Part shown: positions 1 through 8,707 of the stretch, piece after piece
How positions within the stretch are numbered: the first letter of the stretch is position 1
Layout: each line of letters opens with the position of its first letter
Assembly (NCBI GenBank): GCA_963705375.1
Contig: OY970071.1
Location: 990,001-1,022,000, forward strand
Reading direction: 5' to 3'
DNA from: Candidatus Saccharimonadota bacterium
GTDB taxonomy: Archaea; Micrarchaeota; Micrarchaeia; Micrarchaeales; Micrarchaeaceae
DNA length: 32,000 bases
Notes under the pieces: model-generated
What the model saw: only the letters and a program-made list of their open reading frames with translations
What the model was told of the DNA's origin: nothing
Databases searched by the model: none
Made by a program: the position numbers and the translations under genes

Positions 1-1335
1 CAGGTCTATGGCACCGCACTTTCGGATGCCAATGTGCTTTCTCTTTTCAACGAAGGCAACGGCGGCGCACCTCTAAGCAATGCAGACACTTTGGGTTATT
101 GGCCGCTGGGCACCTCGCCTTATGACTACAGCGGCAGCGGTAATGATGGCGTGGCCTATGGCGTTTCATATTCGAATGCGTACGCAAGCGGAAGCCTGAT
201 GAACTATGCTGCTGCAACATATCCATATTTCGTATCGATAGGGTCGGTATACGCGCAGACATCACAGCTTGACACTATGATACTCGATCAAACCAGCAAT
301 CCGAGCGTGCTTGGTTACAACCGCCTGATATACACTTTTGTTGATACTTTCAACAACATAATATACGCCCCTTTTGATACGGACTTTGCTTATCCGACCC
401 AGATAACTCTCGATCCTTCCGTCTCTATAAGCGATATCAATGCAAATGAGAGCATCGTCTCTTTGACTGGCACTGTCACATACACCACGCTGAGCGGAGC
501 GATCGCGCCTCTCGCAAATAACGACATATATCTGTATTACAACCTGAATATGAACTATTATGATCCTACAAACTCGCCATCGGGTGGTCCCACAACTCAA
601 AGCACTGCCGCCAGCAATTATTATGCGCATTCTCTTCTTTGCGCCTTCAATCCTCCAAGTACTACTGGCTGCCAGCTTGCCAACCCCCTTTATACTGTGG
701 TGCAGGGCAGCCCTTCAGGAAACCCTCTATTGGATGTGGGTGCCGTTGAGTACAATCCAGAGTATAACGGCCTATCTCAAACAGCTACCTCTCCGTTACA
801 GTGCAATCCTATGCCGTCGAGCCTGCTCGCGGTGTCGAACATAGTGTACAACTGCAACTTGAATGGCGTTGGAATGAGCGCCATGGCTTACAATACCCAA
901 GTCAACAACTACCGATACTGCCTGCCCTACACATTGGACGGCAACGGTCTGCTCACTTCGCAAATGGGGCTCATTGCGAAAGTGACCACTGACACCAATG
1001 GCAACTTCAACTACCAGTTCACTGCATGCGGCAACGGCAACAATCAGGTATTTGCGAACTATTACGGCTGGCCGCCTCCTCAGCCGCTCACCATTGTACA
1101 ACCACCAATCCCTCAAAGTAGCGGTGTTAACGAGCGTTCCCCGTCTTACCAAACAATTCCATCAAACGAATTCACATACATAGTCGCGCCTGATCAGGTG
1201 ACCGCGGGGATAACAATAGGCGCATTCGCGCTCAGTATGTTCAACCTTGATTGGTTTGCGATAATGTCACTGGCCGCGATAGTGGTATTTATTATTGCAT
1301 TTCAACGCAAGAAGATCATGAAAACCTCTTTATGA
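1..1335 (+). CDS. Secreted/surface protein, 5'-truncated by the window edge, with a C-terminal transmembrane anchor
   Basis: The frame of ORF 34..1335 stays open back to nt 1 (QVYGTALSDANVLSLFNEGNG...). This resembles the '...Y.rALS..Ei..Ly' tail of LamG/concanavalin-like domains, so the GTG at 34 is probably internal. The body is rich in S/T/N/Y/P. The protein ends with the hydrophobic stretch WFAIMSLAAIVVFIIAF followed by QRKK. Stop codon is TGA. Confidence 0.6.
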   Translation, partial: QVYGTALSDANVLSLFNEGNGGAPLSNADTLGYWPLGTSPYDYSGSGNDGVAYGVSYSNAYASGSLMNYAAATYPYFVSIGSVYAQTSQLDTMILDQTSNPSVLGYNRLIYTFVDTFNNIIYAPFDTDFAYPTQITLDPSVSISDINANESIVSLTGTVTYTTLSGAIAPLANNDIYLYYNLNMNYYDPTNSPSGGPTTQSTAASNYYAHSLLCAFNPPSTTGCQLANPLYTVVQGSPSGNPLLDVGAVEYNPEYNGLSQTATSPLQCNPMPSSLLAVSNIVYNCNLNGVGMSAMAYNTQVNNYRYCLPYTLDGNGLLTSQMGLIAKVTTDTNGNFNYQFTACGNGNNQVFANYYGWPPPQPLTIVQPPIPQSSGVNERSPSYQTIPSNEFTYIVAPDQVTAGITIGAFALSMFNLDWFAIMSLAAIVVFIIAFQRKKIMKTSL

Positions 1336-2041
1336 TCTCGTTGCCGACGTCCTCTCCCGCGACCACTTCGGGCATCACTAACTTGTACACGCCTGCAACC
1401 GTGAGCTTTGGTATGCTGGCTTCGCTGCTAACCTTCGCTATGACTCCTATGTGCGGGTTCGCCGTCTTTGCGGTTATGGCTATCATCGCGTTCTGCATGT
1501 CGTTATCGCTGCACGCGACCACGAAGCTCGCCCTGTCTATGCCTACGCTCTCATAGGCGTCTGCATACCTTATGTCTCCCAGAAGCGCGAGCTCCTTCTT
1601 GTCGTGAAGCCTGGCAAGCACATTCCTGTCTGAAGTTATGGTCACTGCATTCATGCCTTTCTTCTGCAGCTCATCCATGAGTACTCTCGCGAAGCCATTG
1701 AACGGAACGACTATCACATGGCCTTTGAGGTTGCGTATTTTTGAGAGTGCTATCTTCTCGCTCACGCGCACGTTGCTCATGAAACTATAGAACCACGCGG
1801 CAAACACGACAGTCAAAAGCGCAAACACAAAGACATTGAGTATGTCTGCGACAACGAGCAGGCTATTGTTGAGCATATCCTGCGGTATCAACAGGTAATT
1901 GACCTGCAGCGCTTCGAGCACACTCTGCGCGACAGCTATCTTGAAAGGAACGTGTGCAATCAGCATTAGGCAGTTGGCCGCTACGAAAAGCACCAGTGCG
2001 ACAATGATTACCAAATGCCATTCAGCTCTTTGCCTAACCAT
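1316..2041 (-). CDS. Membrane protein with C-terminal RCK/TrkA-N domain (no recognisable selectivity filter)
   Basis: 241 aa. There are two N-terminal hydrophobic helices (HLVIIVALVLFVAANCLMLIA; VFVFALLTVVFAAWFYSF). These are followed by a TrkA-N-like Rossmann fold (GHVIVVPFNGFARVLMDELQKKGMNAVTITSD...ASFVVACSDND). Its start abuts the stop of the upstream gene (2041/2042), suggesting an operon. Confidence 0.7.
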   Translation of the reverse strand: MVRQRAEWHLVIIVALVLFVAANCLMLIAHVPFKIAVAQSVLEALQVNYLLIPQDMLNNSLLVVADILNVFVFALLTVVFAAWFYSFMSNVRVSEKIALSKIRNLKGHVIVVPFNGFARVLMDELQKKGMNAVTITSDRNVLARLHDKKELALLGDIRYADAYESVGIDRASFVVACSDNDMQNAMIAITAKTANPHIGVIAKVSSEASIPKLTVAGVYKLVMPEVVAGEDVGNEIIKRFS

Positions 2042-2824
2042 TCAACCACCCGTTATCCGTCTTCCTATCTCCATGCCTGCGACCTCTTCCGGTACAAGGC
2101 AGAAGCTAGCGCCACCCCTATGCATCTTGGTTATTGCGGCTTCATCTCTAACTCTAGTGATTATCTCCACCTTCTGGTTCATATGTCTCGCGGTCACTAT
2201 TCCAAGCAAGTTTATGAAGTCGCTCTCTGTGGCAAACACTATCGCTCTTGCCGTGTCTATCGAGGCATCTTCTAACACTTGTTTGTCTGTGAAGTCTCCA
2301 TTCACCGTGTTGTAGCCAAGGTCCCTGAGCGTGCTCGCCCTTTCAGGATCTTTTTCAATCACAACAAAAGGCATATATCTTTCCTTCAGGTCCCGGCAAA
2401 GTTTCTCCGCGAGCATGGAGTAGCCGCACACAATGACATGGTTTTTCGCGTTCTTTGTCGCTATGAACCCAAGCCTCGACCTTACGTCTATGTTGGTTAT
2501 GAAGCTTATGAATGCTGCAAGCACGAAACCGACTATGACTGACTTCGCTATGCCGTCAACCATCGCGGTGCCCATCACCAAATAGAATGCGTTGCTGAAC
2601 GGTGTCACCTGTGTGGCTATGCTCGCATCTGCGCCAAAGCCGCTGGCGTCTAGTAGTGCCTCTGCTGTGAAGTAGCCTGCCATATATTCGTTGTGCGCCA
2701 CCCTTGTGATTATGATGATCGAAACAATTAGTATGAATGCAGCTGCGAAGAGAAGTGCCGCGACAAGCTTCCCTGTCACTTTTTCCGGCTGAGGCCCCAC
2801 TGCCATACCTTCACGCCCTCTCAA
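2042..2824 (-). CDS. 2-TM pore-loop channel-like protein with C-terminal RCK/TrkA-N domain
   Basis: 260 aa. Order of elements: TM1 (LVAALLFAAAFILIVSIIIITRV), a pore-helix-like segment YFTAEALLDASGFGADAS, TM2 (FYLVMGTAMVDGIAKSVIVGFVLAAFISFI), then TrkA-N (NHVIVCGYSMLAEKLCRDLKERYMPFVVIEKD). This matches the MthK-like architecture. The start overlaps the upstream gene by 14 nt; an alternative ATG lies at 2806. Confidence 0.7.
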   Translation of the reverse strand: MRGREGMAVGPQPEKVTGKLVAALLFAAAFILIVSIIIITRVAHNEYMAGYFTAEALLDASGFGADASIATQVTPFSNAFYLVMGTAMVDGIAKSVIVGFVLAAFISFITNIDVRSRLGFIATKNAKNHVIVCGYSMLAEKLCRDLKERYMPFVVIEKDPERASTLRDLGYNTVNGDFTDKQVLEDASIDTARAIVFATESDFINLLGIVTARHMNQKVEIITRVRDEAAITKMHRGGASFCLVPEEVAGMEIGRRITGG

Positions 2825-3233
2825 GCTCCTTGATGATCTCTGCGCTGGCTGCCCTCTGCGGCATCACTATGTAGTCCGCGCCGGCTTCTATGAGCTTCTC
2901 CCTGACGAACTCATCATTAGCCCTGGCCGCTATGAAAATCTTCTTGTTTATGTCCCTCGCGGTCAGTACAGCAAACAGGTTCTTCGCGTCGTCATCCAGG
3001 CATATCGCGATCGCCTTTGCGCGTTCCACCCCTGCATCTTTCAGCAACTTTGAATGTGTCGCATCTCCCTCTATCACGGCATAGCTTAGCTCATTCAGGC
3101 GTGCGACTTTCTTTGGGTCGTTGTCTATGACGATGAACCTGATGCCCCTCGATACTAGCTTTTCCACGACCTTGCCTCCCACAACACCGTAACCGCACAC
3201 GATGACGTGGCTATCGAGTTCCTGCCTTGGCAT
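2811..3233 (-). CDS. Soluble TrkA-N / RCK (KTN NAD-binding) domain protein
   Basis: 140 aa with an intact GxGxxG motif (HVIVCGYGVVGGKVVEKLVSRGIRFIVIDND). The remainder is typical TrkA-N sequence (AKAIAICLDDDAKNLFAVLTARDIN). It is the first gene of a three-gene same-strand cluster. Confidence 0.8.
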   Translation of the reverse strand: MPRQELDSHVIVCGYGVVGGKVVEKLVSRGIRFIVIDNDPKKVARLNELSYAVIEGDATHSKLLKDAGVERAKAIAICLDDDAKNLFAVLTARDINKKIFIAARANDEFVREKLIEAGADYIVMPQRAASAEIIKELERA

Positions 3234-3485
3234 AGCACCAACTGTTACAATAATGTGCCTATCCTTTTAAACTTTCTCGTTTAACGGGCGCTTTCTGGAG
3301 CAAGCACAGTATGCTTTACCGATGATTCGTATGAAAAAGGCATCAATAGGCTCTGAGCATCCTGCAAAAGTCGCTGCGGTTGAGAATGCTGTAGAACGAA
3401 TCGGGCCTAAAGCCATATACTGTTATGCGACCTACGCAGTATCAAACTATAAATATCAAAGCAAGCCAAATTATATTGTGGCGTT

Positions 3486-4106
3486 ATGATATCTGAAACC
3501 GTGGAACGCCCAGCCGCTGCTGGTACGGTCGCTTCTTCCCCAACGTCTACAAATGCATTGAAGGCTGAGACTACCGCAAAGTCAATAGCCAGTGCTGTGG
3601 AAAGTATGGATTTTCTCACCAAGAAACGTGAGTTTTATGATACTACGATGAAGCGCGCACAAGTAGAGATGGAGCGTGGCCATTATGCGGGTGTTCCGCC
3701 AGAAACAGTAAAGAAATTAGAAGAAATACTCAGTTCAAACTTTGAGCACGACGAAAAACTCAGAAATGACTGGTGGAGGGAGATAAATCTGATATGCATA
3801 GCTATTAATCAAAAAATGTCTCCGGAAGAAAAAGCCGAGTTCTCGAAAGGTCTTATGACTGCGAAGACTCACGAACAAATGATGGCCGAAGACGAAAAGT
3901 GGATGCGATGGTATGTCGAAAACGTTGGTATCTCGCACATCCCCTCTACGGTGCCGGGCCACGAGTATTTTGGATTCTTTGCAGAAAAACTGAAAGAAAA
4001 TGATCAGCATTACCTATCAAAAGACTGGTACTGGGACTACATGTTCCATATGGTTAATGAAACTGCTAGGCTATCTGTGCAAGAGTCTGCTTCGTTCGCT
4101 CACTAA
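3486..4106 (+). CDS. Hypothetical protein (Trp-rich, no recognised domain)
   Basis: 206-aa ORF with protein-like composition. A TATA-like box (ctataaatatc, ~3449-3459) lies about 30 nt upstream of the ATG, consistent with a short-leader or leaderless archaeal transcript. Stop codon is TAA. Confidence 0.5.
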   Translation: MISETVERPAAAGTVASSPTSTNALKAETTAKSIASAVESMDFLTKKREFYDTTMKRAQVEMERGHYAGVPPETVKKLEEILSSNFEHDEKLRNDWWREINLICIAINQKMSPEEKAEFSKGLMTAKTHEQMMAEDEKWMRWYVENVGISHIPSTVPGHEYFGFFAEKLKENDQHYLSKDWYWDYMFHMVNETARLSVQESASFAH

Positions 4107-4174
4107 ATTTACTCTGTTCGCCTGCATTCTCTAATTCGAACAGTTCACTACGTGCCTGCGCATCGAGGGCATGT

Positions 4175-4879
4175 TCATGCAAATGTCAGAACTTTGCCTA
4201 TTCCGAACACTATGAGAGACGCGACTACCCCGACAAAGAACATCTCGAAGCCAGATCTGATTGGATTCTTTCTTGTTATTCTCCCCTTTATTGCGCCTAT
4301 CGCAAACAGGCTGAAGAGCGAGACTGCGACTGATATTGTCGCTGCGGAGTGGAGTGTGCCCAAGAATACGTACGGCAGCAACGGTATGCTGCCTCCTATC
4401 AGGGCGGCCAGGCCTATTATTGCGCCTGCATGAATCGGGGAACTCAACGAGTCCTTGTGTATGTGGAGCTGGTGTAGCAGCATGTCCTCTAGCCATTTCT
4501 GCTTGTTCTTGGTGATCTTCTCAACGAGCCTTTTTGTGCTTGACTTGCTCAGTCCTTTCTCAGAATAGAGGTCCATCAATTCCTTCCTTTCTTCTTCCGG
4601 TTCGTTCTCTATCTCATAAAGCTCTCGCCTGTACTCTGCGTCGAATAGCTCTATTTCTGTGCGCTGGGCAAGGATGCCGCCGAAGAACATCGATATCATG
4701 TTAGACATAACCGCTGAAGTGCCAGCTATGATCACTATCTTCGGATTGGTCAGGTTCAGCGATATTCCCGTCAGAAAAGCAAGGGACACTATCATGCCGT
4801 CTGCAACGCCTAGAATCAGATTGCTTATCCTTCCGTGAAACTGCGTGCGCTGGTGCAGCTCTTTCGTGTCCTTATTCAT
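4175..4879 (-). CDS. VIT1/CCC1-family iron/manganese transporter
   Basis: 234 aa. The N-terminus GRISNLILGVADGMIVSLAFLTGIS is typical of the VIT family. A central acidic cytoplasmic helix bundle follows (EYRRELYEIENEPEEERKELMDLY). There are three C-terminal TM helices. Confidence 0.8.
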   Translation of the reverse strand: MNKDTKELHQRTQFHGRISNLILGVADGMIVSLAFLTGISLNLTNPKIVIIAGTSAVMSNMISMFFGGILAQRTEIELFDAEYRRELYEIENEPEEERKELMDLYSEKGLSKSSTKRLVEKITKNKQKWLEDMLLHQLHIHKDSLSSPIHAGAIIGLAALIGGSIPLLPYVFLGTLHSAATISVAVSLFSLFAIGAIKGRITRKNPIRSGFEMFFVGVVASLIVFGIGKVLTFA

Positions 4880-4937
4880 AGCAAGATTATATACTCAAAA
4901 ATCTTATAAGAGTATGAGAAGCTTATGCTGCATCACT

Positions 4938-6410
4938 TTACTCTGTCCTTTCTATGTGCTTCAGCAGGGTGTATGCTCTTGCGGCCTCGTTAGTCTTGAC
5001 ATAATAAACATATGGCCTATTGTTGAATATGCCAAGCAGCCCGCAGCCTCGTTGTATCGCGTCAAGACTGTCTTCGGCAATCTTGCGCAACGCATAGATT
5101 ATCTCCAGATTGTCTTCTGCGATTTTGCACAACCTGTTCATTTTTTCTCCCCACTGTTCAGCGTCTTCATTATTCGGGAACGAACAATTAATTATTTCCA
5201 TGAGCTCTTTGCATTGTAGCGAGTCTCCGTATTTCCGGATAATCTCTTTCATAGCTTCCTTGAGTCCATCGCGCTCCTGTTTAGTGCCTTCATATTCACG
5301 AATCATATCGTCTATGCTATCTTCACGCTCCTGCTGTGAACCATCACCCATAAAAATCATCAGGATATCCTTAATCTCTTCGCGCTGCTGTGGCAAGTTT
5401 CCGTATTTCGAAATCATCTCTTTCACAGTTTCCATGATATCTTCGCGCTGCTGCGAGGAACCTCCGCAATCAAAAGTATCTATATATGCTACCAAATCTG
5501 TCACAACAAGATATGTCGCCCATAATTTTGCAACATACACCAAATCTTTTACCATTTTTGTTTCTTTATGTTCACGATCGAATACAATGTCCTCAGGCAG
5601 TTTTCCTTCGTTCACTTCCGAAAGCAACGCAATCATCACTGCATCATGCACTGCGCTCTCTGCAATATATAGTATGCCTGCCCTTCCAAGCTCCTGTACA
5701 ATCTTAATCACCCCATACCTTGGCGTGTAAAATTCATCACTTATCACATCAACTACTTCATTCACCGCCAAGCTCCAATTAGGATCACTTCTTACATCAT
5801 CCCACTCGAATCTGCCAGTGACGTTCTCTCTCATCAAGCGGCCAAAGTTAATTCCATTTCTGCCTTCAGCGCTATTTTCCGGCGCTCTATATAATTTGTC
5901 TGTTGTATCGTCAAGGGCTTCAGATGCTATCCTCTGTGCGTCTTCGTAAGTTACTCCCTGCACAATGTCTGGTGTCCTGGCAGTATCTGTATATGCTGCA
6001 TCGTGCACGGCTTCAAGTAACTCTCCAATTGCCACGCCAAATGCCCTGCCAAACTTTTGATTCCACAGAGTGCCCATTGCGCCAGACATCGCATCTTTAC
6101 TGCGCGACCATAGTATGTCTGTTGCTTTGTCGAACGCGTCGTCACGCCCACCATTCAAACTAGTCTTATTGAAAGCAACCCAACTTGCATCCAAGTCTCT
6201 ACCGCTTGCCTGCAGTAGCTGAAAATTTATCAGTTTCTCATGCAAGAAGTCGACTAGTCTTTCACGCTGCCAGCTTTGCATCCCTGCCGGATCGTCAATG
6301 AACTCCCTTTCGAGCGCGGTGACCTTATTCTTCAACCAACTTTCATACTTCATTTCTTCAAGCGCCACATTTGTGCTTCCATCTTTTTGGTGTCTAGTAT
6401 GCGCTAACAT
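4938..6410 (-). CDS. Hypothetical 490-aa protein with internal QQRE-type repeats
   Basis: Long ORF with normal composition. The C-terminal third contains reiterated ~30-aa units (SSQQREDIMETVKEMISKYG / LPQQREEIKDILMIFMG / GSQQEREDSIDDMIREYEG / TKQERDGLKEAMKEIIRKYG) and a KIAEDNLE/KIAEDSLD pair. I recognise no family. Confidence 0.6.
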   Translation of the reverse strand: MLAHTRHQKDGSTNVALEEMKYESWLKNKVTALEREFIDDPAGMQSWQRERLVDFLHEKLINFQLLQASGRDLDASWVAFNKTSLNGGRDDAFDKATDILWSRSKDAMSGAMGTLWNQKFGRAFGVAIGELLEAVHDAAYTDTARTPDIVQGVTYEDAQRIASEALDDTTDKLYRAPENSAEGRNGINFGRLMRENVTGRFEWDDVRSDPNWSLAVNEVVDVISDEFYTPRYGVIKIVQELGRAGILYIAESAVHDAVMIALLSEVNEGKLPEDIVFDREHKETKMVKDLVYVAKLWATYLVVTDLVAYIDTFDCGGSSQQREDIMETVKEMISKYGNLPQQREEIKDILMIFMGDGSQQEREDSIDDMIREYEGTKQERDGLKEAMKEIIRKYGDSLQCKELMEIINCSFPNNEDAEQWGEKMNRLCKIAEDNLEIIYALRKIAEDSLDAIQRGCGLLGIFNNRPYVYYVKTNEAARAYTLLKHIERTE

Positions 6411-6635
6411 GATCTCGCTTCGCCCTGCACTGATGTTATTCTCTTTTCAGATATAAAAGCCTTTTAGACCCTTTTTAATACTTCGCTTTCTAACAAGATC
6501 TTAGAAAGATCCATATGCGTTTCAGTTTTCCTCTCTGTTGCTTTGAAGGAAAAGACGCGCTTCATGTGCGCATATGAACCGTCATACTGTCTCACCGTGC
6601 CTTGAAGATTTAATGCTTTTCATCCATATGCTCTC

Positions 6636-6932
6636 ATGTCCAATCGGAAAATTGTTTTGGTGTCTGTAGTCGCCGGAGTTGCAATAACCATTCTAACGAT
6701 GCTGTACAATGGCACGCCGTACCTGTTGGTTGGTGCAGTATGGTATGGGTTTCCATTGACCTGGATAAGACGCCTTGTAGTGGCTCCACAATATAATCCG
6801 TGGGCTATTGATTATGCTGGGCTTGTTATCGATCTTTGCTTCTGGACCCTTGTCTCAGGCGCTATCATCTTCCTAGCAAAAAGAACTCAAAATAAAAGAG
6901 GAAAGGCCCAAAAGAAAAGAGGAAAGAGATAG
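6636..6932 (+). CDS. Small membrane protein with lysine/arginine-rich tail
   Basis: 98 aa with about three hydrophobic helices. The C-terminus is KRTQNKRGKAQKKRGKR. Stop codon is TAG. Confidence 0.5.
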   Translation: MSNRKIVLVSVVAGVAITILTMLYNGTPYLLVGAVWYGFPLTWIRRLVVAPQYNPWAIDYAGLVIDLCFWTLVSGAIIFLAKRTQNKRGKAQKKRGKR

Positions 6933-6934
6933 CA

Positions 6935-7618
6935 TTATCTCTTTTCTTTCGTATTCCAGTCAATGTTTTGGAGTTCTCTTAGTGCATCGCTTGCTATCCA
7001 TCTTGCACTTGAAGAGTTCGTCTGTCTTATCTCCATCGCGGTCTTCACCGCAAGTTTGTTCAGCCTTTTGTTGCGTTTCCCTATCTGTCTCAATGCCCAA
7101 TTCACCGCCTTCTTTACAAAGTTCCTTTCATCATTAGCCCCTTTCTTCACCAAAGGCAAAAACTTTACAAAGTTGTTGTCATCAGCATCCTTATCATGCA
7201 CAGAAAGTGCTGCCATCATCGCAAAACCTGCCCTTTTAACAAATTCCTTTTTGCTCGTGCTCCATTCCGCTGCCTTCTTGTATGCATAAGGTGTTTTGTC
7301 AAAAAGATTGGAGCAGCACTGATCACATATATCCCATGAGTCGAAGTCTGCGGCCCACTTGTTCATCTGAACTCCTGTGATTTTATCCGGATCTTCGACA
7401 ATGCTTGCCAATATTCTGGCTTCGTGCACTCTGGAAGACCAAAGCCTAAGTGCAATTTCATGGTTGCGGCCTATTTCCTTTCCTAATCTTCGTAGCTCGG
7501 GCAAAGTCATGCTTCCATACGCATTATCTACGTTTATTCCAAAACGCTTCATTCCTTCAAGGTTTTTCAAGTTCTTCTTACTGGTTATGAGGCGAATCGC
7601 TTGTTCATAGTTAATCAT
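6935..7618 (-). CDS. DNA alkylation repair protein (AlkD/AlkC-like HEAT-repeat family)
   Basis: 227 aa. Family-typical strings are present: LWSSRVHEARILA, FDSWDICDQCC, KEFVKRAGFAMMAAL, ERNFVKKAVNWALRQIGKRN. Confidence 0.8.
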   Translation of the reverse strand: MINYEQAIRLITSKKNLKNLEGMKRFGINVDNAYGSMTLPELRRLGKEIGRNHEIALRLWSSRVHEARILASIVEDPDKITGVQMNKWAADFDSWDICDQCCSNLFDKTPYAYKKAAEWSTSKKEFVKRAGFAMMAALSVHDKDADDNNFVKFLPLVKKGANDERNFVKKAVNWALRQIGKRNKRLNKLAVKTAMEIRQTNSSSARWIASDALRELQNIDWNTKEKR

Positions 7619-7764
7619 GGCACCTACCTTTAATTATCACATCGAAGCTAACGAATTTATTATGAACGAATTCATGCTTAACGCAGGATATTAAACTATT
7701 GGTGATGTATTTTATCATCACATGCACATGGGGACATTAAGACTGTAATAACTGAGTTGTTGTA

Positions 7765-8586
7765 ATGGGCATACTAGACAGGATTAGCAAGATGTTGTCA
7801 GATTTCGGTACTTCCAACTACGGAAACAAGGATCAATCCCGACAAGTCCAGAAAACGGGTGAAGACAAATCACAGGACAAATATTCGGAAGAGAATAGCA
7901 AAGGCAGCCAGGTGTCGGATGATACAAAAAAACAAGAAGACTCTAGAGCGGTGGCTGAAAAAGATGGCGGAACGAATGAAGAAGTTATGAAAAAACAGTA
8001 TGAAGGTCGCGAAGAGGGACAAAAGGAAGAAAGGGATCTGGGGGCAGCAGAGCGCGACGAAGAACATGCGTCACTCGAAGAAGGGCAGAGGGCCGTGCAA
8101 GAAACACAGGAAATTGCCCAGAATGCGCAAGAGCCAATAAAGGAAGATCAAGATCGTGAAGAGCAGCAAGAAGAGTGGGAAAAAGAACCGCATGTGCTTG
8201 TCAAAGAAGAGCAAGAATCGGATGAGAAACGTGAAGAAGACCTGAAGAATCAGGAGGCCGCGCGTGAGGAAGCGCAAAAGGAAGAATGGGAAAAGGAGCA
8301 GGAGCAGCAAGAAGAGGAACAGAAAGAAGATCAAGAAAAGCGAGAGGAGGCTCAGATGGAACAAACTGCCGAGCAAGAAGAGGAACAGCAGGAAAAAGAG
8401 AAGCAAGAAGCGGAGTTCGAGGAAGAACAAAAGGAACAGGAAGATGGGCGGGAAGCGAGTGAGGAAAGGCAAAAAGAGGAAGAAGAAGATGCAAGAGAAG
8501 ACTGGGAGGGGGAGCAGGAACAGCGTGAGGATGCACAGAAAAAGGCAGAGGAAGATTCAGGATCAGAAGGTGGTGGTGAAGACTGA
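7765..8586 (+). CDS. Extremely acidic Glu/Gln/Lys-rich low-complexity protein
   Basis: 273-aa ORF. The N-terminal ~25 aa are ordinary (MGILDRISKMLSDFGTSNYG). The rest is E/Q/K-dominated with repeated EEWEKE and EEEQ(K/Q)E units. ORFs overlapping it in other frames are artefacts of the purine-rich repeat. Confidence 0.55.
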   Translation: MGILDRISKMLSDFGTSNYGNKDQSRQVQKTGEDKSQDKYSEENSKGSQVSDDTKKQEDSRAVAEKDGGTNEEVMKKQYEGREEGQKEERDLGAAERDEEHASLEEGQRAVQETQEIAQNAQEPIKEDQDREEQQEEWEKEPHVLVKEEQESDEKREEDLKNQEAAREEAQKEEWEKEQEQQEEEQKEDQEKREEAQMEQTAEQEEEQQEKEKQEAEFEEEQKEQEDGREASEERQKEEEEDAREDWEGEQEQREDAQKKAEEDSGSEGGGED

Positions 8587-8600
8587 TCGCGTTATGTCTG

Positions 8601-8616
8601 TTGGTTTTTTGTTTTG
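8601..8616 (+). terminator. Oligo-T tract (candidate archaeal terminator)
   Basis: The sequence ttggttttttgttttg lies 15 nt after the TGA at 8586. Archaeal RNA polymerase terminates at oligo-T runs. Confidence 0.3.
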
Positions 8617-8707
8617 CGTGAAGCTGTCTTTATGAGAATGCATAAAAGCATGTAGCCGTCCGAAAACCATATATATCATATTCGTAGAAGGGTGCGGTGG
8701 TGTTATA

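Noticed and set aside
5110-5730. A 206-aa plus-strand ORF inside the 490-aa orphan gene.
   Set aside because: It is Ser/Cys/Ile-rich and antisense to a longer ORF with much more protein-like composition and an internal repeat structure.
7701-7756. A possible C/D-box sRNA: GTGATGT (C-box-like) at 7702 and CTGA at ~7753, plus a gtgatg...catcac hairpin at 7702-7721.
   Set aside because: There are no internal D' (CUGA) or C' (UGAUGA) boxes at the expected spacing, and the C box is imperfect. It is more simply an inverted repeat within a divergent promoter region.
8071-8635. Three long ORFs (8071..8472 -, 8201..8536 -, 8264..8635 +) overlapping the acidic-protein gene.
   Set aside because: They translate to poly-L/F, poly-P/L or poly-K/R low-complexity strings. 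These arise automatically from alternative frames of a GAA/GAG/AAG-rich repeat, so there is no independent support.
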